From assembly GCF_009914755.1 (NCBI RefSeq), contig NC_060935.1: a DNA stretch of 64,000 bases. The stretch is one strand, 5' to 3'. The notes below the pieces were generated by a model. That model did no database searches. It was not told the origin of the DNA and saw only the letters and a list, made by a program, of their open reading frames with translations. Position numbers and translations under genes: made by a program. Position 1 is the stretch's first letter. Each line of letters starts with the position of its first letter. The DNA comes from the human T2T-CHM13v2.0 reference genome, Homo sapiens. Below, one piece after another: positions 1 to 12,420 of the stretch.

Positions 1-244
1 CCAGTGGAGCTGTTACCAGTCTTGTAGAGGAAAACACATGATTGGCAAAATTGCCTGGGCCATATTTATAGCCTAGGGAATACAGAAATCAATGTAAAAA
101 TATTTTTCTATTAGGACATAAATTCAAACTTTAAATTGAATTAAACTGTTGAGCATTAAATTAAGTTAAACTGTTGAGCATCATTTAAATATCCCAAGCA
201 AACTAAATGGCCAACATTAGGAAGGTCTAGTCTATCTTAGAGGC

Positions 245-686
245 TTTTTTTCAGATTTAAATAAATACAGTCATATTTATTTACATAATTACATAATAAT
301 TATAATAATTATTACCTTTCTCATCTGCCTTTAATTTTATGGTTAGCCATGATGTGATTTTTTTCCTCTACTGAAAACACAAACACTCCTGTGCATGGAA
401 AGCAGGTACACCATTCATTTAAATTCTCTTTCACAAGGGTGTTAGAGAAATCGAGCATAGACTAAAGAGTAGGTACCTGAAGATGAAAGACAGATGAAAG
501 AAGAGAAACAAACAAACAAAAAACATAGAAGAAAGAATATGGGGAGGGGGAACATATGTTATTATGTTACATATGTTATTATGTAATAATTACATAATAA
601 TTACATAATAATAAGTCGCATAATTACATAATAATTTCACATATTTATGGCATACATGTGATATTGTGATACAAGTAATTTAGCAT
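245..686 (-). mobile_element. Old L1 (L1MA-type) 3' end fragment, interrupted by an insertion at ~290-623
   Basis: ttacataat...aatttcacatatttatggcatacatgtgatattgtgatacaag resembles the reverse complement of the L1MA 3' terminus. Confidence 0.5.
313..552. repeat. Inverted repeat arm 1 (240 bp), reverse complement of 1742-1981
   Basis: Manual alignment to the reverse complement of 1742-1981: no indels, about 4 substitutions. Confidence 0.97.
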
Positions 687-1741
687 GTGTGGCATTTAAA
701 AATATCCTTAAGCATTATGGAAGTATGGCCCAGGTACTTAGCACAAACACAGAAAACCACTTATAATGAATGAAAATATAGATAAACTACAGGGCTGATC
801 AGTGTATTAAATATTGAGTATTATTACCAACAAAATCAAAAGAAATGGCAGTGAAAAAACATACAGCAAATTCGCTCATTAAACAATTTTTTTTAGTTTT
901 CCTTTCTATCTGCTTTACCTTACTAGTGGTGCCAACTGCAATTTCAGAAAACAAGAACATGTTATTTTTCTCTTCTGACTAACATACTTTGTCTGAAAGT
1001 ATTTTAAGTGTTACATAAGGATTCATTTTAAAACCATATTTGTGAAATTATTCTATTTAATTCATTTATTTGCGTAACTATTCTTAAGGCACATGAATAT
1101 TTGTTAACCTAGTAAAATAGGACAAGAAGCTGTGTACCTCTGAATGTAATGAAATAAATACTAAAACAAACAATTTTTAGTAGAGCAAAATTTTTTTCAA
1201 AAGTAAAGAAAAAAACTCTTCAAAAAATATGTACCTTATCAAAGCAAATTTAAAAGTCACGAAAGAAGAAGAATCTGCAATTATACTTTCTAGAATTCTT
1301 GCACAATTGGCCAACACCTCTAGTTTTTTTTCCTAGAATGTGACAGAAGAGATCTACTTGAAGAAAGACTTCTTATGTCATAAAAGTACTGAGTCAAAGA
1401 GGAACCAATATCTCAATATATTTTTTATCTCAGAAGTTTCCTTGAACTCAGAATCTCTAAATTGGAAGGATCCTGAAAGGGCCTATAATTCAGCCACTTG
1501 CAAGATATAGAGCCCAGTAGTACATTTATAGCCTTTGCTTGTAAATAAATGGCAGTGTTTTGGAGAATGCTATATCACAATCAAGCCATTTTCTCCTTAC
1601 CTAGTTCTGAGTTTTGGAAAATTCTTCCGTCTTTTCTGGTGAAAACTGATTTTACAGATACTCACAGATAATATAGGTTCATGTCAATGAATAAAGTGAG
1701 CATGTATTATCCCTGCAGTCTTCATCTTTTTCTTCTCCTCC

Positions 1742-1981
1742 TTCCCCCTCCCCATATTCTTTCTTCTATGTTTTTTGTTTGTTTGTTTCTCTTCTTTCAT
1801 CTGTCTTTCATCTTCAGGTACCTACTCTTTAGTCTACGCTCAATTTCTCTAACACCCTTGTGAAAGAGAATTTAAATGAATGGTGTACCTGCTTTCCATG
1901 CACAGGAGTGTTTGTGTTTTCAGTAGAAGAAAGAAATCACATCATGGCTAACCATAAAATTAAAGGCAGATGAGAAAGGTA
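1742..1981. repeat. Inverted repeat arm 2 (240 bp), probable donor copy
   Basis: Reverse complement of 313-552; flanks are ordinary sequence. Confidence 0.97.
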
Positions 1982-2559
1982 GAAATAGAGGGGGGGTGTA
2001 CTTAAGAAAGTTATGGTGATCATGTCAATTTCCTGAATTTATGTCACTCTGCCAGCCTTTGAAAGACAAAGCCCTTCTTAAAATACAACTACCAATGCCT
2101 TGTTCTTTTTCTTCTAAATTTCATGATCTCTCCTTTGTAATCTGCCACTTTACGATCTGCATATCTCTCTCAACCTTTTTCACCGACATTAACAACTATA
2201 AGTATTAAAATGTACAGAAGTTGCAAATATTCAAGTGTAGTCATGGATACATTCTTGATGTGTAAAATTGGTATTTTATATATTGTTAAACAGTTTTCTG
2301 ATATCAGCTCTTCCTGCATTCAACCAAGCAATCCATATGCCACCATAACAACATACTACCCAAGGGCTAAGACTGATCCTTATTAAAAAGAACAGAAAAA
2401 AAAAACCTTAAAGAAAAATTATTTTATAACTTAATGGTATCTTCTCAAGCATTCTATTTTGAATGTATTACAAAAATATAACTTCTTCTTCTAAATATTT
2501 TGTGTATCATCTTCTGAATATTTTGTCAATTATTGCCTTTTGGGGAAATGTAACTTGGT

Positions 2560-2730
2560 ATCTTTTAGAAGTCAGATGATCTGGGTCCCACTTTATCTCA
2601 TTTGATTATTTAAAAAATGAGATAGTCAAATCTCTAAAACTGGGTGGGCATCAATGTCCTTGTCTATAAAGAGTTTGATAAATATATGCACTTCAATGTA
2701 ATTTGAGAGGCTCAATGAGAGTATATGGGT
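2560..2730 (+). mobile_element. MIR SINE remnant
   Basis: ttagaagtcagatgatctgggtccc...ccttgtctataaa...gtaatttgagagg, a degenerate MIR core. Confidence 0.4.
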
Positions 2731-3639
2731 ATTTACATTAAAAATCTATTTTTTTCTACTCATTTGCAAGACAATTTATTAAGCTATATATTTGAGATTC
2801 ACCTTCTCCACTCCCAGTGAATTTCCATGCATTTTTCAAAAAGGTCATTCGTCAACAAATTTTCAGACCACTTTTCAAAGTCTAAAACTATTTTCTTTTT
2901 CGTGATACATGTTGCACCTTCTTAACTCTGGAACTTGTACTTTTTAATCTCTGAGATATGTCAAACTATATTACAGGTTAATTTCTTTCCTTTAGCTACA
3001 TAGCTCTCCTTATAAGCTAAGAAAGAGCAATTCACTTATTTCATTTGAGATAAAACTTTTGTTTTGTTTATTTAAATGTTTTAGAGGCAAAGTTTTTCAA
3101 GGCCATTCATGAGAAGACTCAGCTCATATTCTCTATAAGCATTAGGTTATCAAAACCTTTTCTTTAAAACTTTTTAAAAGTGAGATTATCACTGAAATAT
3201 TTGTCTAAAAATTTGTGCGTGTCTATTTATGTTAAAGAACAAATAGGTATTGAGAGCAAGGACTAAATGCAATTCTTTAACTTAACTGCAACTTTTAAGG
3301 TTTGTCTAGAGAAAGAAGTGTGAAAATTACATTTTTCATTTCAGCTGCTAACATTTTTTTCTGGGAATAACAAACGGAAATGCTCTAATTTTGATTACAT
3401 ACATAAGGAGCTTTTGCTACAATATTTGGTTTCTTTTGGGGGCCTATCTTAAGCAAACTTGATATGGTTATTTGCTGATTATGTATACATTAAAATGTGT
3501 AAAACCTTAATAAAAATGAGAAAAGTACCCAGTTGGAAAACTTACTATAGTTTATGAGAATAGCATAAAGGAGTTGAAATTGTTGGGGAGTATAAATTAT
3601 ATTTTGAATAAAAAATTAAAGCTTAAAGTAAGTTTACAA

Positions 3640-4760
3640 AGAGGAGAAGGGGTCATCTAGGTGTGAGAACTGGGGAGTGGTAACTGAGGCAGAGTCAATG
3701 GCATGAAGAAATGCCCAGAGACATGAGAGAAAATGGAGAGCTTGGATTTGACAAATATTGCAAGTTATCAGTGGTGACCTGGCAGAACTTGAAAGATGTT
3801 GGGGATTTTTGCATGACAGGCTAAGGATCTTAAACTTTACTAATCATCAGTGGTGCTAGCTTTCTGACTTTAATCAAAATTTAATATGGATACAACAAAT
3901 TTAATGAGATTTATCTGACCATAACTGCGTCTATGCAAATTTCTTACTTGGGAGCAGTGATATTAAAAGCAGCAAGGAAAGAATTTTTCTTTTAAAACTC
4001 TTCAGTGAAATCTTAAGTCCTTTGCAACCTGGGAAACATATTTTAGCAGAATTGCCAGATGCCACTGGCAAGAAGCATATTTCTATGTATAGACTCCCAT
4101 TTGTCAGTTTCAAAGATTTAGAAACATATTCAGATGTCAATATGCAACTCTTCCTCATCTTTCTGTGATCCTTCCTGCTGTTTTAATAATAGGAAAATTC
4201 CAAAGCAATGGAGCAGATGATCATACTTTCACAATTCTGGAATCCAGAATCAAGAGATATTTCAATAATAGTTGCATATCTATTTATGGTGATACAAAGT
4301 TAAAATAAATATTTAATTCCAAATATTCTTCTTTCCCATAACCACTCTACTTTTCCAGACCTTCTCACCTCTTCTGAATCATTGCAGGAGTCTGCCACAC
4401 AGGTTTCCCTGCTTTGGTCTTCTCCTCTTTCTTGTCTTCCATACTGTAGACTGAGTAGTTATCCATCCAAAATGCAAATATTCCCTTTCTTCCCCTCTAA
4501 TCCTTCATGTCTTCCCAATACTAACAGGTTTAAGACCAATCTCTTTAGCATAGCATAAGAAGCTCTCCATAAATCATTCCCTGGCCTCCTTTCCAGACTT
4601 ATCAGTGGTAAAAATGTTAGTTCATGAAAGTCCTGTATTGTGCGTCTGTCTTCATTTTTTGTTTTGCATCCTAAATACATATCTGCATACAAGAAATGGG
4701 TTTCCAAGACTGTTATCAGACTAGGTACAAAGCACACTGTAGCCTAATATTCATGAAATC
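3640..4760. mobile_element. L2 LINE fragments (about 3640-3930 and 4330-4760)
   Basis: Degenerate L2 motifs such as ggctaaggatcttaaactttac and ttaagaccaatctctttagcatagcataagaagctctccat. Confidence 0.4.
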
Positions 4761-5387
4761 TTGAAACGAGAACAGAGAAATGGGCTCCAGAATTGCCTCT
4801 AGAAAAGAAGACTTTTGATTCTTAATCAGTTATTCTTATCTTATGGAGGGGAAGAATGTTCATTTATTATACAGAGAAGAGGAGGCTGGGGAAAAAGGGA
4901 ATAAAGAGGAATCTCTAAAAAACAGAGAGATTTAATACTGTAATTCTGATGAAAAGATAAAGGCCAATGGATTTTAGGCTCTCAGTCCACCTACTCACAA
5001 AAACTCCCTTCCTTACCTAATGAGAAGTTGTGAGAAGAGGATCCAGAAATATATCTTCAAGAGTATTGCCTCCTAGACAATAGAAGAGGAGAAGAATTCT
5101 TTATAAAACCATAAGAAGAATAATGTATAAAGAAATCTAAGCTTTTTGTTTTCTTTGATAGATGTCAGTTATAAAATGCACTATTTCTCACTTCACTGAC
5201 ACGTGTGATATTATTTTTAATTATTCACACTTTGAATATTTTGTTTTATACTAAGTTTTTGTCTAGTTTTGCAAAATATAAGATTTGCATTCTGCAATGT
5301 CTACTTAAAATATTTATGTGTTCTTCATGAGTATGCCATGGAAACATTCTACTAAATGAAAACTGTATTATAGGATTTTTCTGAAGC

Positions 5388-5530
5388 CAATGGTTCTCAG
5401 TTCTGGCTGTGCACCAAAATTCATGTGAGGATACAAAAAATATTCTAACGTTCAAATTTTCTGATTATTCTGCAATGAAACGTTTGATTTGGAGCCTAAC
5501 TATGTATCTTCCTCGAATTTCCCAGATTAC
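5388..5530. mobile_element. MER5-like (hAT-Charlie) MITE remnant
   Basis: caatggttctcagttctggctgtgcaccaaaattc start and ...ttcccagatt end. Confidence 0.5.
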
Positions 5531-6681
5531 CTTTTTTTTTTTCTTGTGGCCACATTGCTTTTAGTATTCATTTAAGTAAATAGATATGAACTGATGAACA
5601 TTGAAACAATTATTTGAAATTCATTTTATTTTTTAAAAAAATATTTAACTAAAAGAAATCAAGCTTCTCTACCCTCTTGTCTGAGATAAGCTTAATGTCA
5701 CTCCCTCTTCTTTATCAAGTGTCTGCTATAAATTGATGCCTAACTCTTAATCAGCCTTAATAATGTTGGCTGAGTGGGTGGATAGATGGGTTAGATGGAT
5801 GACTGGCTAGACAAATGCTGGATGATGGCTGAATCAGTAAACACATGGATATACAATTTTACAGATGCATAGATAATGCATTGCAGTTATGTAAATAAGT
5901 GGAAGATGAAGGGTTAATGGAAAGCTTGACAAGTAGCTGAATTGATGATTGACAAAACTAGTAAAGAAATGGATGAATGAGTACAGAATGACTAAAAGAA
6001 GTGAAGTAATGAACTTTCTAGGATGTTGCAATGTCTACTCTACGAAATTGACCCAGACTAAATTTTTAAAATGTTTGATTATTTATGCTCAATAAAACAA
6101 TTTCAGTTTGAAGAAGTTTGCTTATTATCTGGTTGTGAATTATAGGTCATAATACAGGAACAAGCTAACTGCTGTAGGGGCTGCGGAAGATAAAATTGAT
6201 GTAACAAAAGACTGGCTGGATAAACATTTTGACTCTCTTTTGACAACTATAGCTTCAAAGCATGTAACCTCTCTAACTGTAGGAAAAAAGTAGTGGCAGA
6301 TGAAGCATGCCAGAGGAAATCAAGCAGACCTTTCAGAAGTCTATTGGGAAGCAATAAAGCCAATAAACAGAGATATAATTATAAAGAACTATTTGTACTG
6401 AAACCAAAATCACAGCTCTAAACTGAACAAGATTATTCCAAGGGCAAAAAGAGCAATTTGTTGTGTGTCAGTCTCTTAGGCATGAAAGAATACAGAGATT
6501 GCTGTCAGGCTTTGCAGAGTGCATGATAAGCTAGAGACAATTTTATTGTGAATTATGCGTGTTTTAAGTTCTATGTTCAGAAACAGACCACGGGCTACTC
6601 AGCTGAAAGAACTTGTTTGATATAGAGCAAGTTTGTGTTCAGAGCCTATAAGGCAAATATATTTAGTAATTATTTAACTAC

Positions 6682-6881
6682 TGATTCATGTAATTGTTTA
6701 AAGTGAATTTATAATTATTAGACCAATTTTTGTTATTATTCTTATGGGGGTTTTGACCAATTTTCTATTTTTTAGGAAGGACACTTTTGAAAAAATATAT
6801 ATATATTTAAAATTCATTTTTGCACTTGATATAATTTTTTTCAATGAACTTTTTTGATCCAATAGCACAAGCAATGAGTTA
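6682..6881 (+). repeat. 200-bp direct duplication, copy 1 (identical to 8999-9198)
   Basis: Base-by-base identical on manual comparison; ORFs 6698..6970 and 9015..9230 share an identical C-terminus. Confidence 0.97.
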
Positions 6882-7026
6882 TAAAAAAAAATAAATTCAT
6901 TTTTAACCACTGAAAAAGTAAATTTTAAGTATTCAACTGCATGAAAACCAATTGTTCTGCTATAGCTCATATCTTGTTTCTAATTTTATTTATATTCCCT
7001 TCCCCTATTTTTTCAGTGATTTACAT

Positions 7027-7392
7027 ATTTAATTAAAAAATTATTCAAATATGTCTTATACGTAAAAAATGCAGATTGTGAGAGTACAACTTTGTAAGAT
7101 TTGACAAATGTCTAAATCCAAATAAACACTAAAGCAACTAGGTTATAAAACATTTCCATCATCCTGGAGTCACCCATTTTTCTGATTCTATCACCATGGC
7201 TTAGTGTTCCCTTTTCTAGAATATTCATATGAATGAGCCCATTAAATACAATGTCTTTTGGGCCTACATTATTTCATTCAGTATAATATTTCTGAGATTC
7301 ATCAGTTTTGTTGTGTTTTCCAGTAGCTCATTATACTTACTGAAAATATTATTATGTTCCCCTGTATAAGCACAATTTAGGTTTCCATTCAA
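7027..7392 (-). mobile_element. Old L1 (L1MD/ME-type) 3' UTR fragment
   Basis: acatttccatcatcc, ctgattctatcaccat, atttcattcagtataatatttctgagattcatc. Confidence 0.6.
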
Positions 7393-7676
7393 TGTATCAT
7401 ATGTTTTTAACATTTTAATTAATTTAAAAAATTCCTACCTTGGTTAGAATATGTTTTATGTTTGTCAATTGTGTTATACTTACAGAGTCTAACTTGTTTC
7501 TCAAATACAAGCATTGTCTGTCAAACAAATGGAATGGCATTATTACTCCCACTTTATAAGTGAGAATTGAAATAAGCAAGAACAAATATCTCTTTCAGGC
7601 CAAATGCCTGGACACAGAACCAGGGCCATTACTCATGTTTCTTTACTCTTCCTTAAAATCTGTTTCTATAAGATCG

Positions 7677-7870
7677 AAGGATACAAGTTTATTACATTAG
7701 AGAAAGAAGTCTTAGTGATCTACAAAAACAATTATGTTAATAAGATGATCGACCTGTTAGCTTGATTATAACTTTCTATAATGTATACTAAGATTAAGAA
7801 ATCACATTCTGCCCCGTAAACATACACAATTACTGTTTGTCCAGTAAAAATAATGAAAAAGGAAACAAAA
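7677..7870 (+). mobile_element. L1MA-type 3' end fragment
   Basis: aaggatacaag...atcacattctgccccgtaaacatacacaatta...aaaaataa followed by an A-rich tail. Confidence 0.6.
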
Positions 7871-8208
7871 GAAAAAATATTTCAAGATATGAAACAAAAA
7901 CAAACAAAAAACCAAAAATCTGTTTTTAGGATAATGATATAATTTATACATTTTGGTATTTCCTTGTCCAATCAATAAATGTGGTATATTAAATCCATAA
8001 TGTTCACTTATTTCTTAAAACATGTGTTTCAATTTATTAGTCTCTTTAAGTAGTGTGAAATTCAGAATTTAGTGGTCTTAAGCCAGATTTCACACCCTCT
8101 TTTTCAAATGTATATACTGAAGAAATTTGTACTTGGTCATATGTACATATACACTCATTCAAATAAATAAGTCTTGGTTGGTAGACTTTCCTTCTCTGAA
8201 ATTTCTTT

Positions 8209-8394
8209 TTTTATGGTTAAGATAGTAAACTTTATTTTATGTGTATTTTACTATAATTTTTTGCTTTGTGTTATTCTGTTTTTTTCCCTTTTTTGTTTTA
8301 TTTTATTTTACTTTACGTTCTGGGATACATGTGCTGAATGTGCAGGTTTGTTACATAGATATACATGTGCCATGGTGGTTTGCTGCACCTATCA
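8209..8394 (-). mobile_element. Heavily 5'-truncated older L1PA 3' end with a 3' transduction; TSD gaaatttcttt
   Basis: L1PA terminus at ~8290-8394; 11-bp TSD at 8198-8208 and 8395-8405; extra ~65 bp with AATAAA inside the TSDs. Confidence 0.75.
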
Positions 8395-8998
8395 GAAATT
8401 TCTTTAAATCTTACTGTTTAAGCTGAGCTATAGTTGAAAATAAAAGTGTAACGTTTATGTAACAGACATTGTTGATGTTTAAACATATTTTTTCCTTACA
8501 AAGAATGGAGAAAGACTTTTTTTTTCAGTTATTTGGGATATTCTAAGTCCAAAACACAATATAAAATGTGAAAATAAGAGAAATCAATGATTCTTATTTA
8601 GCATATTTAATTAATGTTTAGTTAGTTATTTTGTATTTATCATCTTATTTAATCATCACACCAGATCTGTAATTTAGGTAAAGCTTTGGTATTAGCCTAT
8701 TAGTCCTGGATCTGCCACATAACAGTATTTGACTCAGGCCATTCAAACGACGTGAGCTTGCAAAGGCTCACTTTCCTCCAGTTCAAAATTGTTATAATAA
8801 AAAATATTTGCCATATAATTGTTTCAAAGATTGAAAATCATAACGCTTGAATATCTTGTGATAGATACTCCTTAAAATGTGTTGGTATTTGTAAATTCAA
8901 TAAATAAAGTATTGTCTTCTTACATTTATCCTGGACCTTTTTCTAATACATTTAATTCTATCCATTTCAATAATGATGATTGGAAAGGCAAATGAAAG

Positions 8999-9198
8999 TG
9001 ATTCATGTAATTGTTTAAAGTGAATTTATAATTATTAGACCAATTTTTGTTATTATTCTTATGGGGGTTTTGACCAATTTTCTATTTTTTAGGAAGGACA
9101 CTTTTGAAAAAATATATATATATTTAAAATTCATTTTTGCACTTGATATAATTTTTTTCAATGAACTTTTTTGATCCAATAGCACAAGCAATGAGTTA
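8999..9198 (+). repeat. 200-bp direct duplication, copy 2
   Basis: Identical to 6682-6881. Confidence 0.97.
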
Positions 9199-9382
9199 GT
9201 TTCTTGAAGAATCAAACAACCTTGCACCACTCTCTAATTAGGTAAAATGCTATTAATTTAAACATATTCTAAAACCTTACTGTACTGACTCTAATCCAAT
9301 ACCAATTTTAGTTAAAATGAGAAGTGACTGCAGGTTTGTGTATCATATCCAAAAATGGAAAGAAAATTCTTGGCCTATAGGA

Positions 9383-9385
<3 letters not shown>

Positions 9386-9430
<45 letters not shown>

Positions 9431-9545
9431 TACACATATATATATATATACACACACATATATATATATACACACACATATATATATATATATAGGCTGG
9501 TCTCTAACTCCTGTCCTCAAACGATCCTCCTGTCTTGGCGTCAGC
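9386..9545 (-). repeat. (TA)n/(CA)n compound microsatellite abutting a short Alu/FLAM fragment (9495-9545)
   Basis: TA and CA runs followed by ggctggtctctaactcctgtcctcaaacgatcctcc. Confidence 0.8.
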
Positions 9546-9899
9546 ATGTATGTTCATTTTTAATGGTCATAATTTGTATATTAATCAAATTAAAATAGGT
9601 AATTGGTAGATATTTGTGTACTCGAGTCATTTTGTTAATTCAAATACATATTGAAAATTAATTGAGAAGAGTTATACATTTCAAAAATAAGTTAACTGGA
9701 TATGAACTAATTTGATAGCACTCTAATTTTAGTAGTATATGAAACCATATATTTTTAATAATTATAATTATTTTTATATTTAATGTCTATTTAGTACTAA
9801 CTCATTGCTTATGTTTTGACAACTGTTTTTGAGACAATGTTTCCAAACCTTACAGTTGTCTTCTATGTCATGCTACAGTGTAACAATCAACTAAATATA

Positions 9900-10520
9900 T
9901 CAGTTCATTCAACTAAATATTTATAAAGTGCCTTTTATGTGCTAGACACTGTTGTAGGTTTAATGATATGTTAGTGAATAAAAAAGCCAGGATCTCTTAC
10001 TTGATCTATCTTATATTCAAGTGGATGGATAGGCAATGATTCATCACCAAACAGATGAAAACAAAACTTATTTCTATGATATATTAGAAAGTTAAGTGTT
10101 ACAGAAAAAAAAAGAAGTGTAATAAGATAAGGATAGCTAGGGCCGGACGCAGTGGCTCACCCTGTAATCCCAGCACTTTGGGAGGCCGAGGCGGGCAGAT
10201 CACGAGGTCAGGAGATCGAGACCATCCTGGCTAACACAGTGAAGCCCCGTCTCTACTAATAAATTCAAAAAATTAGCCAAGTGTGGTGGCGGGCGCCTGT
10301 GGTCCCAGCGACTCAGGAGGCTGAGGCAGGAGAATGGCGTGAACCCGGGAGGCGGAGCTTGCAGTGAGCTGAATCGCACCACTGCATTCCAGTCTGGGTG
10401 ACAGCACGAAAAAAAAAAGACGTAAGGATAGCTAGACGCCATAAGAGGAGAGAAGGGCAAGTAGCAGCATTAAATAGAATGGAGCAGGCATCCTAGGTCA
10501 GGTAATGTTAGAGCCTGAAA
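9900..10520 (-). mobile_element. L2 fragment interrupted by AluY
   Basis: ttcattcaactaaatatttataaagtgccttttatgtgctagacactgtt, typical of the L2 3' end. Confidence 0.6.
10141..10420 (+). mobile_element. AluY with abnormal 3' end; TSD taaggatagctag
   Basis: AluY diagnostics (gagatcgagaccatcctggctaacac, gaatggcgtgaacccgggaggcggagcttg); TSD at 10128-10140 and 10423-10435. Confidence 0.93.
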
Positions 10521-10522
10521 TT

Positions 10523-10863
10523 AAAAGGATGAGTTCATATCCTATGCAGGGACATGGATGAAGTTGGAAACCATCGTTCTCGGCAAACTATCACAAGAAC
10601 AGAAAACCAAACACCTTATGTTCTCACTCAGAAGCGGGATTTGAACAAGGTGAACACATGGACACAGGGAGGGGAACATCACACAATGGGGCCTGTCGGG
10701 GGGTGGGAGGCTAGGGGAGGGATAGCATAGGAGAAATATCTAATGTAGGTGACGGGTTGGTGGGTGCAGCAAACCACCATAGCACGTGTATACCTATGTA
10801 ACAAACCTGGACGTTCTGCACATGTACCCCAAGATCTTAAAGTATAACAATAATAATAAAAAG
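10523..10863 (+). mobile_element. L1PA (about PA7/PA8) 3' fragment
   Basis: End of ORF2 plus 3' UTR (ggacatggatgaag...aatgtaggtgacggg...cttaaagtataa). Confidence 0.9.
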
Positions 10864-12420
10864 AAATGAGAGAGTAGAGAGAAATAAGGATGGATTTTGG
10901 GGACAATAAGACCTGGGCTATAGCTGTGTGTTATAACTTACTAGATATCTTTCTTAGCCTCCATTAACCCCAAGAATATAGTAAAAATTTGAATACTTAC
11001 TTTGTAGTGCTGTTGTAAAATAATGATATTTGTAAACTGCTTGAAATGTGACTTGCATACAATAAAGACCCAATATGTGCTTTTTAAAAAATGGGTACAT
11101 AATAAATGATTAATCATGTAAGATGTTGAATACTAGCATAGATTCAAAAGTTCTTTGACCATCTCAATGAGGTGCCCAACATTTCTGAGGCCCCAGATAT
11201 TTTAGAGAGTTTTGGATTCTATTTTGATTGTTAAATCTTATATAATCTGACTCCAAATTTAAATCCAATGAATAAACAATAACTTACTTTGAGCAACATA
11301 CCAGAAGAACATACTGAGGAAAAAAGAATCTAAATAAAATATCTTTTTGAATAATGAGGAATTTGAAAACTTAATATTTCGTATTGTAGTTACCTACTGA
11401 CTTCGAGATTTTTGTTGTTGTTGTTAAACAACAAGAATAATTGAAAGGATTTTTGCAACAAACATTTAGTGTAGCTATTGTACTTTAGCGGAGTCACTCA
11501 AAAAGTTATCTCTATCCAGGCTTCCAAGGGTGAAAGGGTTCACTCAAATATAGAGGACCATTACACTCAATCATATTCAACTAGATAAAAATGCCTATTG
11601 GAAATATTCGTCACTCAGTAATCCTGACACCTATAAAATTTTGTCATGTATTTTATTCCCTAGCTCCTCAGCATGGTTGTTCTTATTATTAATAAACCGT
11701 CAATTCCTGTGCCTGACAGAATGAAGTGCAGCCATTGTCTGTCAGGTCAATTATGTGATGGGCTATAATGGCTCCAAAAGGAGCATTCTTTAGTCTATTA
11801 AGTAGTGGATTCAGGCTCTCTCAAGTGCTCAGCTAGGCAGAATGTCCCTACTTATAAAAATGGATGCTTTTCAAATACAAATTGGAAAATGATATTTCTG
11901 GGTGACTGGAACAGGATACAGAATCTCATATATTCTTTTTCCTAGAAGTGTGAACAGTAGAGTACTTGGCATCAGCAGCAGAGTAATTTACTTTTTCGTT
12001 AGTCATCTCTAACTGGATTAATGTTTTTTAAAACAAAAGCAGATTATATTGTGATGGAGCATATTATCTAGTGAGAGAGATGGGCAATAAACAATAAAAC
12101 AGGTGAAGAGACATACCAAAACTGTGATAAGGAGGACCGAAATTTAACTGTATGTGCCAGTATAGCATTGAGAATGTTTAAAATATTGAACTTTTTCTGT
12201 AGCAGTTGATAAATAGACATTACTTGAGCCATCCTGACCCATTCCCTTGAATCCTCCTAAAATAACCATGATCTGAAAATTAGATTGTCAATAACTCTCT
12301 AAAGAGAGAATCTTCTGCCCCTCCTTATGCATAACGCTAGCATTGGTTCTTGGTTGTTGACCGTTTTCACAGAACTTGCTATACATTTTAATAACACACT
12401 TAGTTAAAATACTTGGAAGA

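Noticed and set aside
313-1981. The inverted repeats as the ends of a 1.7-kb DNA transposon
   Set aside because: No TSD outside the arms, no transposase in the spacer, and ~98% identity is too young for primate DNA transposons; the filler flanks only one arm
5770-6030. Degenerate (TGGA)n-like tract as a satellite
   Set aside because: Short decayed low-complexity sequence with no higher-order unit
6698-9230. Two minus-strand ORFs (90 aa and 71 aa) sharing an identical C-terminus, resembling paralogous genes
   Set aside because: Explained by the 200-bp DNA duplication; AT-biased composition and no recognisable domain
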